Assembly: GCA_013265495.1 (NCBI GenBank)
Contig: MU058687.1
Location: 496,001-560,000, forward strand
Reading direction: 5' to 3'
From: Vicugna vicugna
Taxonomy: Eukaryota
Length of the DNA stretch: 64,000 bases
This document shows, piece after piece, positions 35,271-48,791 of the stretch. How positions within the stretch are numbered: the stretch's first letter is position 1; every line of letters begins with the position of its first letter. The position numbers and the translations under genes were made by a program. The notes beneath the pieces are model-generated. The model was not told the DNA's origin, did not search any database, and worked only from the letters and a program-made list of their open reading frames with translations.

Positions 35271-38192
35271 TTGTCTTTCACTTCATACAGTAGGTTATAT
35301 GCAGGGGGCTCTTAATCATAGTGAACTGTATGAGGAAGACAGATTAGGATTTGAAAATACTGGCTGTGGATAACCCATACAAAGATAGCATGAGCAGCAT
35401 TCTTTGTGGCATTGAAACATTGGCTACATTAAAAAAAAATTTTATATGTTATTATTTTTCAGAAGAAGCCAGTCCTAATTCTAGCTGAAAGCAAGAGTCT
35501 AGGTTATATGATCTGCTCATGTCTCTAAAACAGTGTCTTTTTCTCATTGCACCTATTGGGGCAGTTAGCGTGGGTTTTAATGCTACTCTTAAGAGCTTTA
35601 TTTAATTTGTATTGGCCTTTTAATTAGTAATGGGCAATTTTGGATGAATTATTATTGATTGGAATTGTAGAAATTACACACAAAGCTTTTGTCACTGCAG
35701 CCTAGAACACTAAGATTAAAACAGGGTCTGGTTTAGTTACTAATCTAAAATGAATGCTCGAAAAGTATTTTAGTGGTTTTGGTTTGTATTCCAGTGTGGT
35801 GTTGGTTTTAACTCTGCTAAGAATGATTGTCTTTTAACTCACTGAGGGCCTCAATTCTACTCCATTAAGCGCCACTTTTCTGCCAATCAAAAAGCAGCAT
35901 CCCCAAGACTGATTTTTGTTACAGTGGATAGTAATGGCTGCCTAGTGACAACATTTCAAACTCTTTTATGTAAACAGAAAGCAATCAAATAAGTACTAAT
36001 CCAAGGATTATGTGGACCCAAATCCCGTGGTCAAGAGAAGATTCTCTGCAGTGTATGTCCCTGGCTGTGTGCCTTCTGGTGGCAGCAGCCCCTCTTCTTC
36101 CTGGAAAGCTTGTCTGCTGCTTGTGCTGCCTGTTAGATTGCAGTATGCTAAGACCACAGCACCCCTGCAGCTCCTGAATGGAATTCAAAAAGACACTTAC
36201 ATTTCCATAAATAAATTAGGAATTCAGTGGTTTCTTCGGGCTAATCAGGGCAGGCTGATAAACCTTGCTTGCTGTTTAATAAATGAATTGTGACTGATTA
36301 CCTATTAATATGGACGCCTCAGGAATTCACCCAGGGGGAAGCAGAGCAGTGAAATAGAGAGGGGCATGGCCCCTTGGGAAATCAGGGCTTCATGTTTGCA
36401 GCTTAAATATCTCTGTGAAGTATCAATAAGGAGGTAATTGAATTTTGAACACAAACATGAGCACCGGATGGATGAAAGGGGGAGGGGGGATCTGATCATC
36501 TCTTTTCTGCCCCTTCATTCTCCCCTCCCCTTTTCCTTAGAGACCACTCTAGTAAAGATAGATGCTAAATCCATTAAATAAAGATTAGACCCTGTCGTAG
36601 TAGAAAATGGCAGCTTAGCTAGATCCCCAGGCAAATTGGGGCCTTTTGCAATACAGAAAATTAAAATATACATTTTTAACAAGTGTGCTATCTTCCTAGC
36701 AATAATGCCGGACTAGCTTGTGGGTTTGCTTCTCCTTCAGATTGGCTTTTGTTTGGGCAGATCACTTTCTCTTGTATTAATGCCAATCTTTTCTGTATTC
36801 CTGGAGCAGAAGGGGCTGGGTTTATTTATTTATTTTTAAAGCTTCTGTTGAGGCCTTTCCTCTAGCATCCTGCTTGCTTGTAATCAGAGAAGTGGGAAGG
36901 AGATTAGTGTCCCATGAATTGACGGTAGATAAATGTTCCCTCCCCTTAACTGGTGGGTCCAGAAGAGCCCAATCGCTTGTATTTCAGGGATGATTGGAGA
37001 CTGTACAGCCAAGCAAGAAAAGGGCTTACAGACTGAAATAAACATTGATGTTTTAGATGCAATTTTACTTGGCTTTATTTCCTCTAGATAAGGTTATTGA
37101 TTTGCTTTGTCCTCCTGTTTTAAGCCAGATAAAGTCATATTAATGTAGAAAAAGAAGAATTGGCATCATTTAGTTACAGATCATAATACTTACCCCCTTT
37201 TGAACAATAACAAAAAACAAGCATTAAGCCCTAAATACTGTTGTTTCTTTATGTGAACACCCAGGATTGGCTTTTTGAACTAACCCTTGTTTATACGTCA
37301 ATCTACAGTTCTGATAACCCTTTCCCAAGACGTCAGTCAATTAACAAGTGTTAATTGAGTATCTGTTAGATGTGTGGCCTTGTTAGTTGCCATGGCCAAT
37401 GGTGAGAAAAGTCTATCCTCTGCTACCGCAGATACTTATTAAAAAACAAACCTAATTATGTCATACTTCTACTTATTAAAGTTTTCGACTCCTTGGGTTC
37501 TATAAGATAAAATTCACATTCCTCAGGCCTTCACCAAAGGACTTTCCTAATGTTGAGCTAGCCTTTCCCTTTCTCTCTGATTTTATCTGGAAAATTTCTG
37601 CTTATTCTTCAAGGCTGTTTCAAATCCCACCCTCTCCTTGTAATGTCTCCCTATTCCTCCAGGTGGAGTTAAATTTTTGTTATCACTCAGTGTGAGTTCT
37701 GTACTTTGAGGATTTCCCATGGAAAAAAAAGTGTAAAACTTCTTAGTCTCAGAATTTTGTGCATCATTTACCAGATGGTTTTGCAAATGTTCCCAATTCG
37801 TTGTTTCAACTTCAGAGGTATCTTGATGATCAAACTAAGGAGCTAGATTATACGTATGAGCCACGGTGTTGTCTGAAGGCTGTGTGGCCACTGAAAAACA
37901 GTAAGCAGGGAGGTGACATTGACTGACCTCTTAGGAAGAGCACCCTGACAGTTGAGAACAGGGGCTGTTGACTTGTTTGTCACTGTATTTCTCTCTCTCT
38001 CTCTTTAGTGTCTGGCACATTACAGGTGGACCACTGGTGGACCGCTAGAGGCAGAGAGACCAGTTTTAGAAGATGTAGTGATGTCAGAGTTACAAATGAC
38101 TGTCAGTTTCTAATTTGAGTAGTTTTTAATTTTATTAACCAGAATAGAGAATGTAAGAAAAAGTACTGCTTGTATGGGAGATACTCCTTTTC

Positions 38193-38364
38193 TTTTTTTC
38201 TTTTTCTTTTTTTTATAATAACATAAAAGAGTTTATGGGTTTTTTAAAATTTTTTATTGATTTATAATCATTTTACAATGTTGTATCAAATTCCAGGGTA
38301 GAGCACAATTTTTCAGTTATACATGAACATACATATATTCATTGTCACATTTTTTTCTCCATGA
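38193..38364 (-). mobile_element. Young short L1 3' end with a double tail
   Basis: Perfect 15-bp TSD GAGATACTCCTTTTC (38178-38192 and 38365-38379). L1 tail at about 38240-38364, T tract at 38193-38214. Confidence 0.88.
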
Positions 38365-40422
38365 GAGATACTCCTTTTCAACTTGTATCCTGTTTGCCTG
38401 TGGGAAATTCTAAGACATCACTTTAACTTAGCTACATATGGGCTTAATAAACAATTTAGGTATGTGCAAATTAACATGTATACACTCCTTCAGATCCTAA
38501 TAGGTATGGTCCATCAAACTCTTGTTTTTTATTAACAGCTAACATATCCTGATACGTGTGTGGCGCTGTGCCCAGATCCTTAGCCATATCCTGGTACTAC
38601 TCCTGTGGGGGCTTAGCTACTGTTATTATTCTCATTGTACGGATGGAGAAAAAAGGGATCACTTGCCCAAGGTATTGAATGACAGGGCTGGGACTAGAAC
38701 TCAGGCCTGTGTGGTTCCAAAGCCTCTGCTCCTAAACTTGCTTACTGAGCGTGGCCTGAGTCCCCTGACCATGACAACTGAGGAAGTTGTTCCTGGCCCT
38801 CGTTGCTCTCCTGAGGCCTGCTTAGCGCTGCCATGTAGTCACTTCATAAAGTCAGTGCTTGTCTTCCCCTTACGCAGCTAACTACTAGAACGAAGCATGA
38901 AGCACAGTATAGCTGTCTTGGGTATGGGTTGGGGAGGAGCTTAATCCAGCCCTTTCCTAGCTAAATTGTGACTTGCTAGCATTTTTAGAGCCCTGAATTT
39001 CTTAAGGAAAAACTCCAGGACCCCTTTGGACTGGATGAAGACAATTTGAGAACAAGCCCCAGACCGTCTTCTGTCTCATAGCAAGAAATTACCATTGAAA
39101 ATTCATTCCCTTAAGAAGGAGCACACACAGGGACTAGAATAAACTCCAGACTTAGCTTAAATGTCAGTTTTTTTGGAAGGCTACACCTGACCCCTAGACT
39201 AGATTAATTCCTGCCTTCACTCCCTTCCCCTGACGTATGCTCGTCCAGCACCGTCTACTTCCTCCTATCCTAAATCAGTATTGCAATTACTTGTTAAAGT
39301 GTCTTTTTTCTCCGCTGGGTCCTCAGTGTCTGACACACATGTAGGTGCTCAGAAGCTGCAGAAGAGGGAAGAGACCAGATAACTTCTGGGTTTAGGCAAT
39401 CTCTTTATTGAGGCATAAGTGATATCTTTATCTCCAAAAATTCAAGTTTGGCTGTTGGTGTTACTGCAGCTTTTGCTTGTCCTGTTTTGTCTCTGCTTCT
39501 ATGTGTTTGTAAATGTACAAATCCACATGAAAAGGAAATTCTAGCATTAACTCAACCACTGTATGATGTAGCTGTACAAAGGATTATTTATAGACCCACA
39601 CACTTTTCTCTCTCTGAGTTTATAATCTCTATAGGCTGAAAGGAATTAGGTCCCCAGAGGTGGCTGCTCTTCTTAGTTAACCCAGATAAAAACCTTTGAT
39701 TTTTCCCTGTCAACTTTATGTAGTCTATATGTATATGGGGGTCTTGAAATCACTAGGTAAAATTTACTTTTTACATTAATTATTCATAGTAAAAAGAAAG
39801 AGAGTTTACCTTTTTTACGTCTTTCTTACTTTTCTAAATCTTTTATACTTTAGACCATACTGGTTTTCACAAATCCCTTCTAGCTAATGTCTACTAAACA
39901 GTAATTACCTTACCCTTTACTTTCCCAAGCACTAATGGTAATACTGGATTATAACCAATCTAATACTGTCTGGACATTCTACCAGACACTTTCCTCAGGT
40001 GATTTAAGGCAGTTTATAATCACTTCTTGCAGTCTTGAGGCCAGTTTTCAATTCATGAGACTCATATATCCTGGCTAGTTTTAATTAATTTTGCAAGGAA
40101 GATGCCAGGAGAAGCAGTATTAAAAGCTTTCTTATAATCAGGTTCTTTCATCTATTGGGTTCTTGTCAGCCACTAATCTTGTAATTTTATCACAGCAAAA
40201 TCCGAAAGTTTCTCTGCAATAGTTTATTCTTTACTCTTGTTCTTTAGTACTTAGTACTCATGTAGGTTTGAGTAACCTTTTATTTGTGGTTGTCTTATTC
40301 AGAATTCATGTTGGGGAATTTCTCTAAATTTATAACAGCAATTGCTAGAATTCATTTTTTAACAGTAGGACTAGGGAATCAGCTTTACTTGTTATCACAT
40401 GTGTTTGGTCTTTTGTGGTGAT

Positions 40423-41051
40423 TGTATCAGCCAGAATCCAGTCAGGGGTAATTTGGAACAGGGAAATTTTTAAATAAAGAATTAACTAAGTGAAATGTGA
40501 TTAACTTATAACAGAGTTTTAAAAAAAAAAAAAGACTGAGGTGAACTGCAGAAAGCTGCTACCCACCATCACTCCTCCCACTCCCCCGACAGGAGACTTA
40601 ACTACAGAGGGACTTAGAAACTTAGAGAGATCTTCACAAGGGAGAGACCAGCACTCTGAAGAGAGGACATACTGCCTACTCCGAGAGGGTACTCTGCTGG
40701 TGAACTATAGGAGCAGCTGCCCATGGGGTGGTGAAGAATTGCAGCCAGAGGGGAGGGGGGCACTGAACTGAGGGCAGCTGTTAGCAAGGTGAACATTTCT
40801 GGTACCCCCACGTGCCAACCTGGTGCTTGTCACTGCACCGAAAAACCATGCATTGTAAGAAGGAAGAAAAATCCCTTCTTCCTGCTTTAGCCTTACAGTC
40901 TCCCATCAGTGCCCTCTCTGTTGGCAAGTTAACATCGAGCCACTTGACAGAGGAAAAATGTAGCCTACTACAGAGTCCAGTGCCAGTACCACAAAGCAGG
41001 GCAGAGAAGGGGAGTTAGGAGCTGAGAGGCAATAAATAAATAACTAGCATA
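40423..41051. mobile_element. Ancient solo LTR (LTR78/LTR79-like)
   Basis: Starts TGTATCAGCCAGAATCCAGTCAGG and ends GGAGCTGAGAGGCAATAAATAAATAACTAGCA; GC-richer than its flanks. Family name from recall. Confidence 0.55.
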
Positions 41052-41884
41052 GGGAGTAAAAACTTTGAGAAAAGTTAAATCTTACAAAGTAAGTAATTTC
41101 ACTTTGCATAGTTTTTGTTTCATTTTGTTAATGCATGTTTATTTCTCTCAAAGCAGGGTACTCCTGTAAACTTTGCAGTTGCCTGGGTAGCATTCACCAC
41201 CTAGTATTCACCATCTAAGCCAATGTTTGGCTTAGCTGTAACTGCCCCTCAAAATTCTGTTGGCTACCTTTCACCAGGGGTTTAATAAATACTATATAAT
41301 CTATAGATTTTAACAAATTTTCAAAATTAAAAAAAAGTCTGATAGTAATTGGAAGACAAAGCATGAATGTGAATAGAAGATGGCTCTCCCAACCTCTTAA
41401 CCTCATTAAATTCTCCTGATTTCTTTTCTAACCATTTCAATTTTCTTGAACCGGTATTATTCTCTCCCAATTATTTTTAGCTACATTGAGCCCTCCTGTT
41501 CCTGACTTCCTTTGGCACCCAATTGTTATTGATGCTTGTCTTCTCAATTTTAAGAGCCTTGCTGTCTGGGACCCCATGATTTATACTATTGTTGTATATT
41601 ACGGAACAGTATTGTCTAAATGTCTGTTGAATAGATGGAATCATATTTACAGAATGAGAAGTAGAAACATAGTCTTCAAAGCAATCAGAGAACAGATAGG
41701 TATTTACACGTTTTTTCCTTCATTGCTACTTTTTCAGAAGCTATCCAGTCTCTTGCTCTTTAGAAAGACTATAACTAACATTAGGAATGTAAAGACAAAG
41801 CCAAGGTAGGAGTGGGGAGCATGACAGAGTAGTTAGTCATGGAGAAAGCTGGAAGTATCTATTAGTGGAAAATAAACTGGGGAA

Positions 41885-43250
41885 GAGAATGCTTACAGGT
41901 TGATGATGGTTTTAATGCACACATTTGCTTTCCCTTACCAATCCCTACTATAACAAGTTTTGTTTTGTTTTTTTTTTTAAAATAAAAGTCCTCAAGAAGA
42001 AAATAGGAAAAAGGTCAACAACAGCAAAATTTTGGAAGCTGGTAGGCATGTGAATTTAGGAGACCTAAGAAAAACAATACTAAAGTAAGGAAAGCCAAAA
42101 ATCTGGATAATGGGAATTCCAGAGAGAAAAAGGGAAACAGAATGGAAATCATAAATTAAGTACTTCAAAAAAAAACTTCCCAAAATTAAAGGAAATACAT
42201 TTCCAGTCTGAAAAGTCCTGACAGGTACCACCAAAACACATGAAAATAGACCTAATCCTAGGCATATCATTTCATGATTTCAGAACTCTGAGGAAAAAGA
42301 GAAAATCCTGGGAGCTTCTAGAGAAGACAAAAAGCAAATTTCATACAAAGGATGGAAATCAGAATGTCTTCAACATTGGAGACCATTGGAACAATATCTT
42401 CAAACTAATGAGGGAAAATTATTTTCAATTTAGAATGCCAAATCAAGTGAAGATGAAGTGAAGACATTTTTAGACATGGAAGATCTCAAAAAGTTGGCCT
42501 CCCATAAACTCTCTTGTACTAGCAGAAGTCATGCATCATCAAGTGAGGGAATAAGCTAAGAAAGATGAAATGGGATACAGAGCACAAGTGAGAGAGGAGG
42601 AATCCAGGGTGATTACGGTGCACAGAGGACAGACCATCTTGGAGACTTCTTCAGGAAGATGAAATTGATAAATTATAAGATACATCTCAATATCTTAAGA
42701 TTTAGACAACAGGTAGATATAGACTCTATGGCTGACTTAGAAATAAATACATAGAAAACTAAGCAACCTAAAAAACTCAGAAAAAATCAAAAAAATATAT
42801 GCAAGGAAGGAAAGGTAATCATAGTTTATTACATGGCTTAGCTGTAAATAGTGTATATAATCATACTAATGTAGAAAGTGGATATTGATCTAGGTGAAGT
42901 TATAATATATAACGCTGAGAAGGTAACAGATGGGATGCTTGCATATGTATTGTGAGGAATTAAGGTAGAGGGATGGGAAAAGGAGCTAAATCATCACTTT
43001 CTACATTCGGGGAAGTCAATAGATAATGCCTCAAATTGAAACATTGAAAAATAGTAATACAAGCATATTATTTAGTCACTTGGAGATGCAGAGGGATATA
43101 AAATAATCAGCTAAACAGAGTGAGAATGGTTGCCACTGAGAAGGACTTAAAGGTGAATTGCAGTTTTTCATAACAAACCTTATAGAATTATTTGATTTTT
43201 GAAACATGTTCATGAATGACTTTTGATTTTTTTAAAAAACTTATTAAAAA
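41885..43250 (+). mobile_element. HAL1-like element (ORF1-only L1 relative), decayed
   Basis: Decayed ORF1-like text (CCTAGGCATATCAT, AAAGAGAAAATCCTGGGAGCTTC, TGGAACAATATCTTCAAA) with no ORF2 following. It is followed by a HAL1-type 3' end (GTTTTTCATAACAAACCTTATAGAATTATTTGATTTTT). Confidence 0.65.
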
Positions 43251-44489
43251 TAGATGAAATAGGTAGTAAAAAGACAGAGACTGGATGTTGTAACATTTAG
43301 AGAAGCAAAGTTAAATAATGTTTAATAGGAAAATAAATGGAAGCCAAAAGAATAAATATATGAATAGGACAAAAATAAAAGATGTATATATCTCTTTGTT
43401 GATGAAAAGGAAGCTAATTACTTGAAATGAAAATGTGATTGGTTACATACTTTCAGTTTTTATGGTGTAAAATCTGCATGCCCAAACTTCCTATAATCCA
43501 AAATAAGTGATTCACAGTTTTGAAGTGGGAAGCAACTATATTTCTACCCCATGATGAGAAGTAGAACCTGAAACACAAACCCTTAGCAGTATGTTGCTGA
43601 CATGACTTGATTAAAGAATTTCATTCACTGCTTCCCATCTTTCCACCCTTGATATGAGTGGTACTTTTCTGAGTATTTTGTTGGATTACAGTTCAATTGG
43701 GGAAAAAATTAAATTTAAATTTTATGCTAATTTCCACTATTAGAGTCTTCTAAATATTGACCTCTGGTAACTGGCAGGTTTTGGTGGATGGAATTTTACT
43801 TTTTAACATGACATTGAACTGTACATTTAACACTAGGTCTAGGTGATCTCTCTGGGGAGAATGCAATTGATGGATCCTTTTTCTGCCTGTCCCAGGTGGC
43901 CTGTCAGGAGAGCAGGTGTTGCTGGGATAGCTCATGCATTCAGGAGTCATAGTGCAAATCTGATCAAGGCGTGTATTCCCCAAACCACTCAGGCTAGTGT
44001 CTCTCATGGGGAAGAAGCCAACATTGGCTTCCTATGCTTTTAAAAAAAAATGAAAAAGGAAGAAAGAAAAACTAATTATCAACCTACAACAAATGTCATT
44101 CAACTCAAATCCCTAAAGGATAAAGGCGTAGGTGACAAATGTTCCTGGAGAGAGGGTTGAGCTGTCACTTGTCTTTTTAATGGATCGTCCATGTTTGGCT
44201 TTGGAATCACATGCTATTTCTCCTTATTGTGTGTTTCATCTGAAGAAATACTGAATATCTGTAAGTTAAAAAAAAAACATAAATTTTATAAACCCCTTGG
44301 GTTTGAACAGAATCCTCGTGTCAAGAAAGATGATAAGGGGTTAGTTTTATTGCTCTTAAAGTATTCAGGGGACAACTGTCTATTGACTTAGTTGTCCCTA
44401 ATACCTCACCTATTTTTCCTTACTTTTGATTAGATTCATTACATCTCATTTGGTCTGAATAATTTGGATGACTAACCATGGGTATTTAT

Positions 44490-45170
44490 CCATGTCCGAT
44501 TCCAGAGGACAGAGTTAGGAACTACGGGGAGGAGTTAGAAAGAGGTTTATTTGTTTGGGTTTTGTTTGTTTGGGTTTTGCCACAGTATTAAGGATGAACT
44601 TTTTCCAAATGTCCAGATTAAATGGACTCTCAAAAAATACCAAATTTTCCATCCCAGAGAACTCTTAGGCAGAACTCTGTGACCAGCACTAGAAAGTTAC
44701 CACATACTGTTTAAGATTAGGAGGGAGCTTTAAAATAGGTGATCTCTTTTCTTTTCAACTGTTAAGAATTAAGGATTCAATTCTTTTTGCTTTCAACAGA
44801 AGATCTATAAAATAAACTAGTCTCCATGTTGAATTGTTCCATTTTTAAGTATTTCTGTCCTCCCTGTTGTAACAGTTGCTATTTATTAATAGGTGTAGCA
44901 ATGCTATTGGTACCTGCCTTAAACTAGTAAATATTCTGATAGAAAAATTAATTAATTTTTCAAACATGATTTAGAGTAAAAGGAAATATACTTCACTCAA
45001 AATCTGAATGACTTGGGTTAGGTTATAGGAAGAATTTCTGGACAGAGAGGGATGTTAAAATTTGAACAGAAATATAAAATTGCCTATTTTACTGACCCTT
45101 GAAAGTAAAACAGATGTTCATGTCTGGGATGTCTCATTGACTTAAGCCTTACCTCAGTGACTGATTCTAA
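44490..45170 (+). mobile_element. Ancient CR1/L3 fragments
   Basis: CCAGAGGACAGAGTTAGGAAC..., ATAGGAAGAATTTCTGGACAGAGAGGG resemble CR1/L3 3' ends; highly diverged. Confidence 0.4.
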
Positions 45171-45699
45171 AATATCTTCCTACATTCTCAGGATAATTTT
45201 TTTTCTCTCCTTTCAAGAGAAGTTCATATTTTACCAGGAATACCTAGATTATCTTAAATGAACCTTCTTCTCTGCCTTTCTCTTAGTACCTACGTTCTTT
45301 ATCTGTTTTCTCATCCTTTTTCCTAATTCCAAGAAGTATCCTTATCCAAGGATTGTCCCCTCTTTTCTCTGTATTCTAATTTCTATTTTCTGGTTGCTTT
45401 CTAAGGAACCTGCAACCTTCTTTATGTTTGTTTCCTCTCTCTCCAGCATCAGTAGTCTGATCTCCTATAGCATCCAATTCAACATGTCCAGTGGTAGGAA
45501 ATTCATTTCCACTGTTGGACAATTAAAGTTATCCCACAGAATTCTCCTCTTTCTCCTACTTCTCTTAATTTGTAACCATACAAATGTAGTTGTTACTTAA
45601 GATGTCAGAGGTAACATTTAAAAAGTGCAAATTTCTCTTATATACAAATAGTTCAGTGTATTTGAAGAAATCTATCATAGTACCCTTTTAATAAACTCA

Positions 45700-46700
45700 T
45701 TCATGTAACCAATCATGTAATTCAATTGTTTTGCAGTTATTAATTGAGCTTATACTATGCCTTGCACACTATTAGATTCTAGGACCTTAAAAATAAGTAA
45801 GACATTTGTGAATAAATCATCACCCAGTGAGAGACATACATGTAACAAATAAGTGTAAATGAAGTTTGTGTGTAGTTCATGGCTGACATAAAGAAGGGAA
45901 TAATCAACTCTGCCTGAGTGAGGGTTTCAGGAAAGGCTTCGTAGAAGAGATACCTGAAACTCAGTCTTGAAGAGTACGTAAAAATTTGCCAGGTGGCTAT
46001 AAAGCAGTGTAGGAACACAGAAGAGGGGAAGAATGCAGAAGAAACTGTGGGCCAGTCTAAGTAATTTGAATCATATACAGAGGCACAGAAGTGTGAATTC
46101 AGATGGTACATTTGAGGAAATGCTAGTTGTTCCTGTGTAGCTGGAGCACTGAGAGAATAGCAGGAGATAAAGTTGTCTGTTAGTAAGCTCCGTGAGTGAC
46201 AGTACCTTGTCTGGCTTTTTCATCATCGTATCCACGTGACCTAGCACATAATAAATGCTTAGTTAATATCTGATGAACAAAGAAATAAAGAGGCAGGCAG
46301 AGGCCTTGTAAGTATGAAAAGGGATTTCAACATTGCTCTGAAGATTATTGGAAGTAATTGAAGATTTCTTTTTAATCCAGGGAGTAATATGATTAGATTT
46401 AGCTGTAGAAAAATTGCTTTGGCTGTCATGTGGAGAGTGGTTTTGTAAGAGACTGGGAGATCAGTTAGGTTATCAGTAATAATCCAGAGATGAGATGGAG
46501 GGGACCTAAACTAAAGCAGTGGTGAGGCAGTAAGTGTGACTGACTTGGGACGTTTGAGTTAGAGAATCAACAAGATTTTGCAACCAATTTGAAGATGGGA
46601 GTGAAAGAGAAGGACCCAGCATGATCTTCCCAGGTTTCTAACATGGGTGACTTGGTAGATTTGCTCCCATTGCCTAGAATTGGAATATGGAAGATAAAGG
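45700..46700. mobile_element. L2 fragment(s)
   Basis: CAGGAAAGGCTTCGTAGAAGAG..TGAAACTCAGTCTTGAAG, ATGATTAGATTTAGCTGTAGAAA, CCAGGTTTCTAACATGGGTGAC. Confidence 0.7.
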
Positions 46701-47692
46701 AGGGTGGAAGGGGAAAGATAAAAGTAAATAAAACCAGTCTTTAACTTCCTGCTCTGGCAGTTTTGAGATTCAAGTTCTCTCTTTGGTTATAGATTCTGGT
46801 TCATCAACATTTTTCTTAAAATATGTCAGTGAAAATTGAATACAGCACTCTAGTTGTGGACTGATCCTTGAGCAATCCAATATTGCTTCCTTTGAGCTGG
46901 AAACTGCTTCTAATAATAGTAACTAGGATTTTTGTGTGTTAGCACTTGCATCTCCCAGAGTTAGCTCATAATGAACTTGAAAGTCAACTAAAACCCCAAG
47001 GTTTTCAGTTATCAAATCATGTGCCCCCTCCTATCCTGTAGTTTTTAAAAATTAAATATCAGATTTAACATTTATCTAATAGCCTTTTCTAGCCTCATTA
47101 CTCTTTGCACACTCCTCTGACTTCTGGGAACCTGTACTTCCAGGCTGTATGCTTTCTTTTGAATCTTTAGCTGTGAGTATTTCTAAAGATTATATCTCAT
47201 TTCTCTTCCCAAAGCACCACCCTATGTCTTTGTCCTTTTCATAACTGCCATCTGGAATGCCTTGGCCCCTCCTTCCCACTTGTCCACATCTCATTCACAC
47301 TTGAGGCCCAATTCAAGCTTCATGCTGTGCATTTTCTAGTCCTTACTGGCTAGAGTACTTATTCTTTACTTGTATTATGGCCCTTATTATATTTTGTCTT
47401 AATGGTCGTTTAACTTAATGATTGTTTTGTTCTACTATAAACATTCTTATAATATATTCTCTGTTATCAAAATATAGTCCTTGAAGGAGAGAATCAAGGT
47501 TTTTTGTTATAGGTTATTTGCCTTGATAACTTAATAAGCTCTTGTAAAAGTAAGTGAATGAGTACAGAACCTCATGAAATCTTTATCAGCTGTGTTTGTA
47601 AGGTTTTTATAGATTGCCCTGATAATTATATAATAGCTTTAAATTCCATCATACCTTTCAAATAGGACTTTCATTACGCTAGAAAGCTTCTT

Positions 47693-47707
47693 GCTGCCCT
47701 CTTGTGA
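47693..47707 (-). promoter_or_regulatory. Candidate CTCF motif (reverse)
   Basis: Minus strand reads TCACAAGAGGGCAGC; motif only. Confidence 0.4.
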
Positions 47708-47899
47708 AAAGCTTGGTGATACTGCCAATTAACAATGCTCAGAAAAGTTAAGTAATTTTCATCTAAATTCCACTAAGATCAGCCTTTTTTTACACTTTTA
47801 GAATTTTTATATCTTCTACAGATTCTCAAGCATAATTACTGGTGAGCATTTCTTCCCTTTTTGTGTATATCTCAGGTGAATATGAAAGTGTGAAAGCAA

Positions 47900-48535
47900 A
47901 TGCTGGGAAGATAAGTGAAACAACCGGAATACATGCATTGCTAATGGGACAGCCCCTCTGGGGAAGTTTGGCAATTTAGTACAATGTTAGACATACATTT
48001 ACCACGTAACCTACCAATTCCACTCCTAATTTTTTTGCTCAAGATAAATAAAAACATACATCTGCATAAAGACTTTACAAAATGTTTATGACAGTTTTAT
48101 TCATAAAAACCATTAGTTGGACACATCCCAAACATCTGTCAACCAGTGAATGAATAAACAAACAATGTGTGGTATACCCATGCAGGGGAATACTGCTCAG
48201 TGCTAAAAAGGAACAGGCTGCTGATACAGGTAGCAGTATGGTTGGATATCAATATGTTATGCTGAGGAGTACCTAGTATATGATACTCATATGAAATTCA
48301 AGAAAAGGCAGATCCAATCCATAGTGACAAAGTAGAATAGTGGTAACCTAGGACTAGGGTAATATTGGAGTTGATTGCAAAAGGGCACAAGGGAACAATT
48401 TGGGTTGATGGAAATATTCTATATCTTGATTATAATGGCAGTTACACAATTTTAAATATCTGTGAAAACTCGTTAAACTGTGATTGAAAATGGTGCAATT
48501 TATTGTATGTAAAATATATCAAGGAAGTTGCTTCT
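47900..48535 (+). mobile_element. Old L1MC/ME 3' fragment
   Basis: CCAATTCCACTCCTA, GAATACTGCTCAGTGCTAAAAAGGAAC, GATGGAAATATTCTATATCTTGATT. Confidence 0.75.
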
Positions 48536-48716
48536 CAAAGATTTGAGATTTGGTTTAAATTTTAGGAGGAGGATTTTGGATTTTATAGGGAGGCACCACA
48601 CATCTCTTGAAGGACATGTTTCATAGAAACAGTACTTGAATACACTAATCTTTGTGTTGTCCTTAATGTGTTTCTGGGAAATTCTGCCATTAAATGAAAA
48701 CGATTTTTATTAATTT

Positions 48717-48791
48717 ATTAATTTATTTATTAGGGGAGGCACTGGAGATTGAACACAGGACCTAAGCATTCACTGAGCTAGACAACCCCTC
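48717..48791 (-). mobile_element. Degenerate, internally deleted vic-1-like SINE
   Basis: GGAGGCACTGGAGATTGAACACAGGACC...CACTGAGCTA. Flanks CGATTTTTATTA / CAATTTTTATTA. Confidence 0.7.

Noticed and set aside
36190..36205. Strong minus-strand GTAAGT donor
   Set aside because: The adjacent sequence has no recognisable coding content or matching acceptor and fits a non-coding element better.
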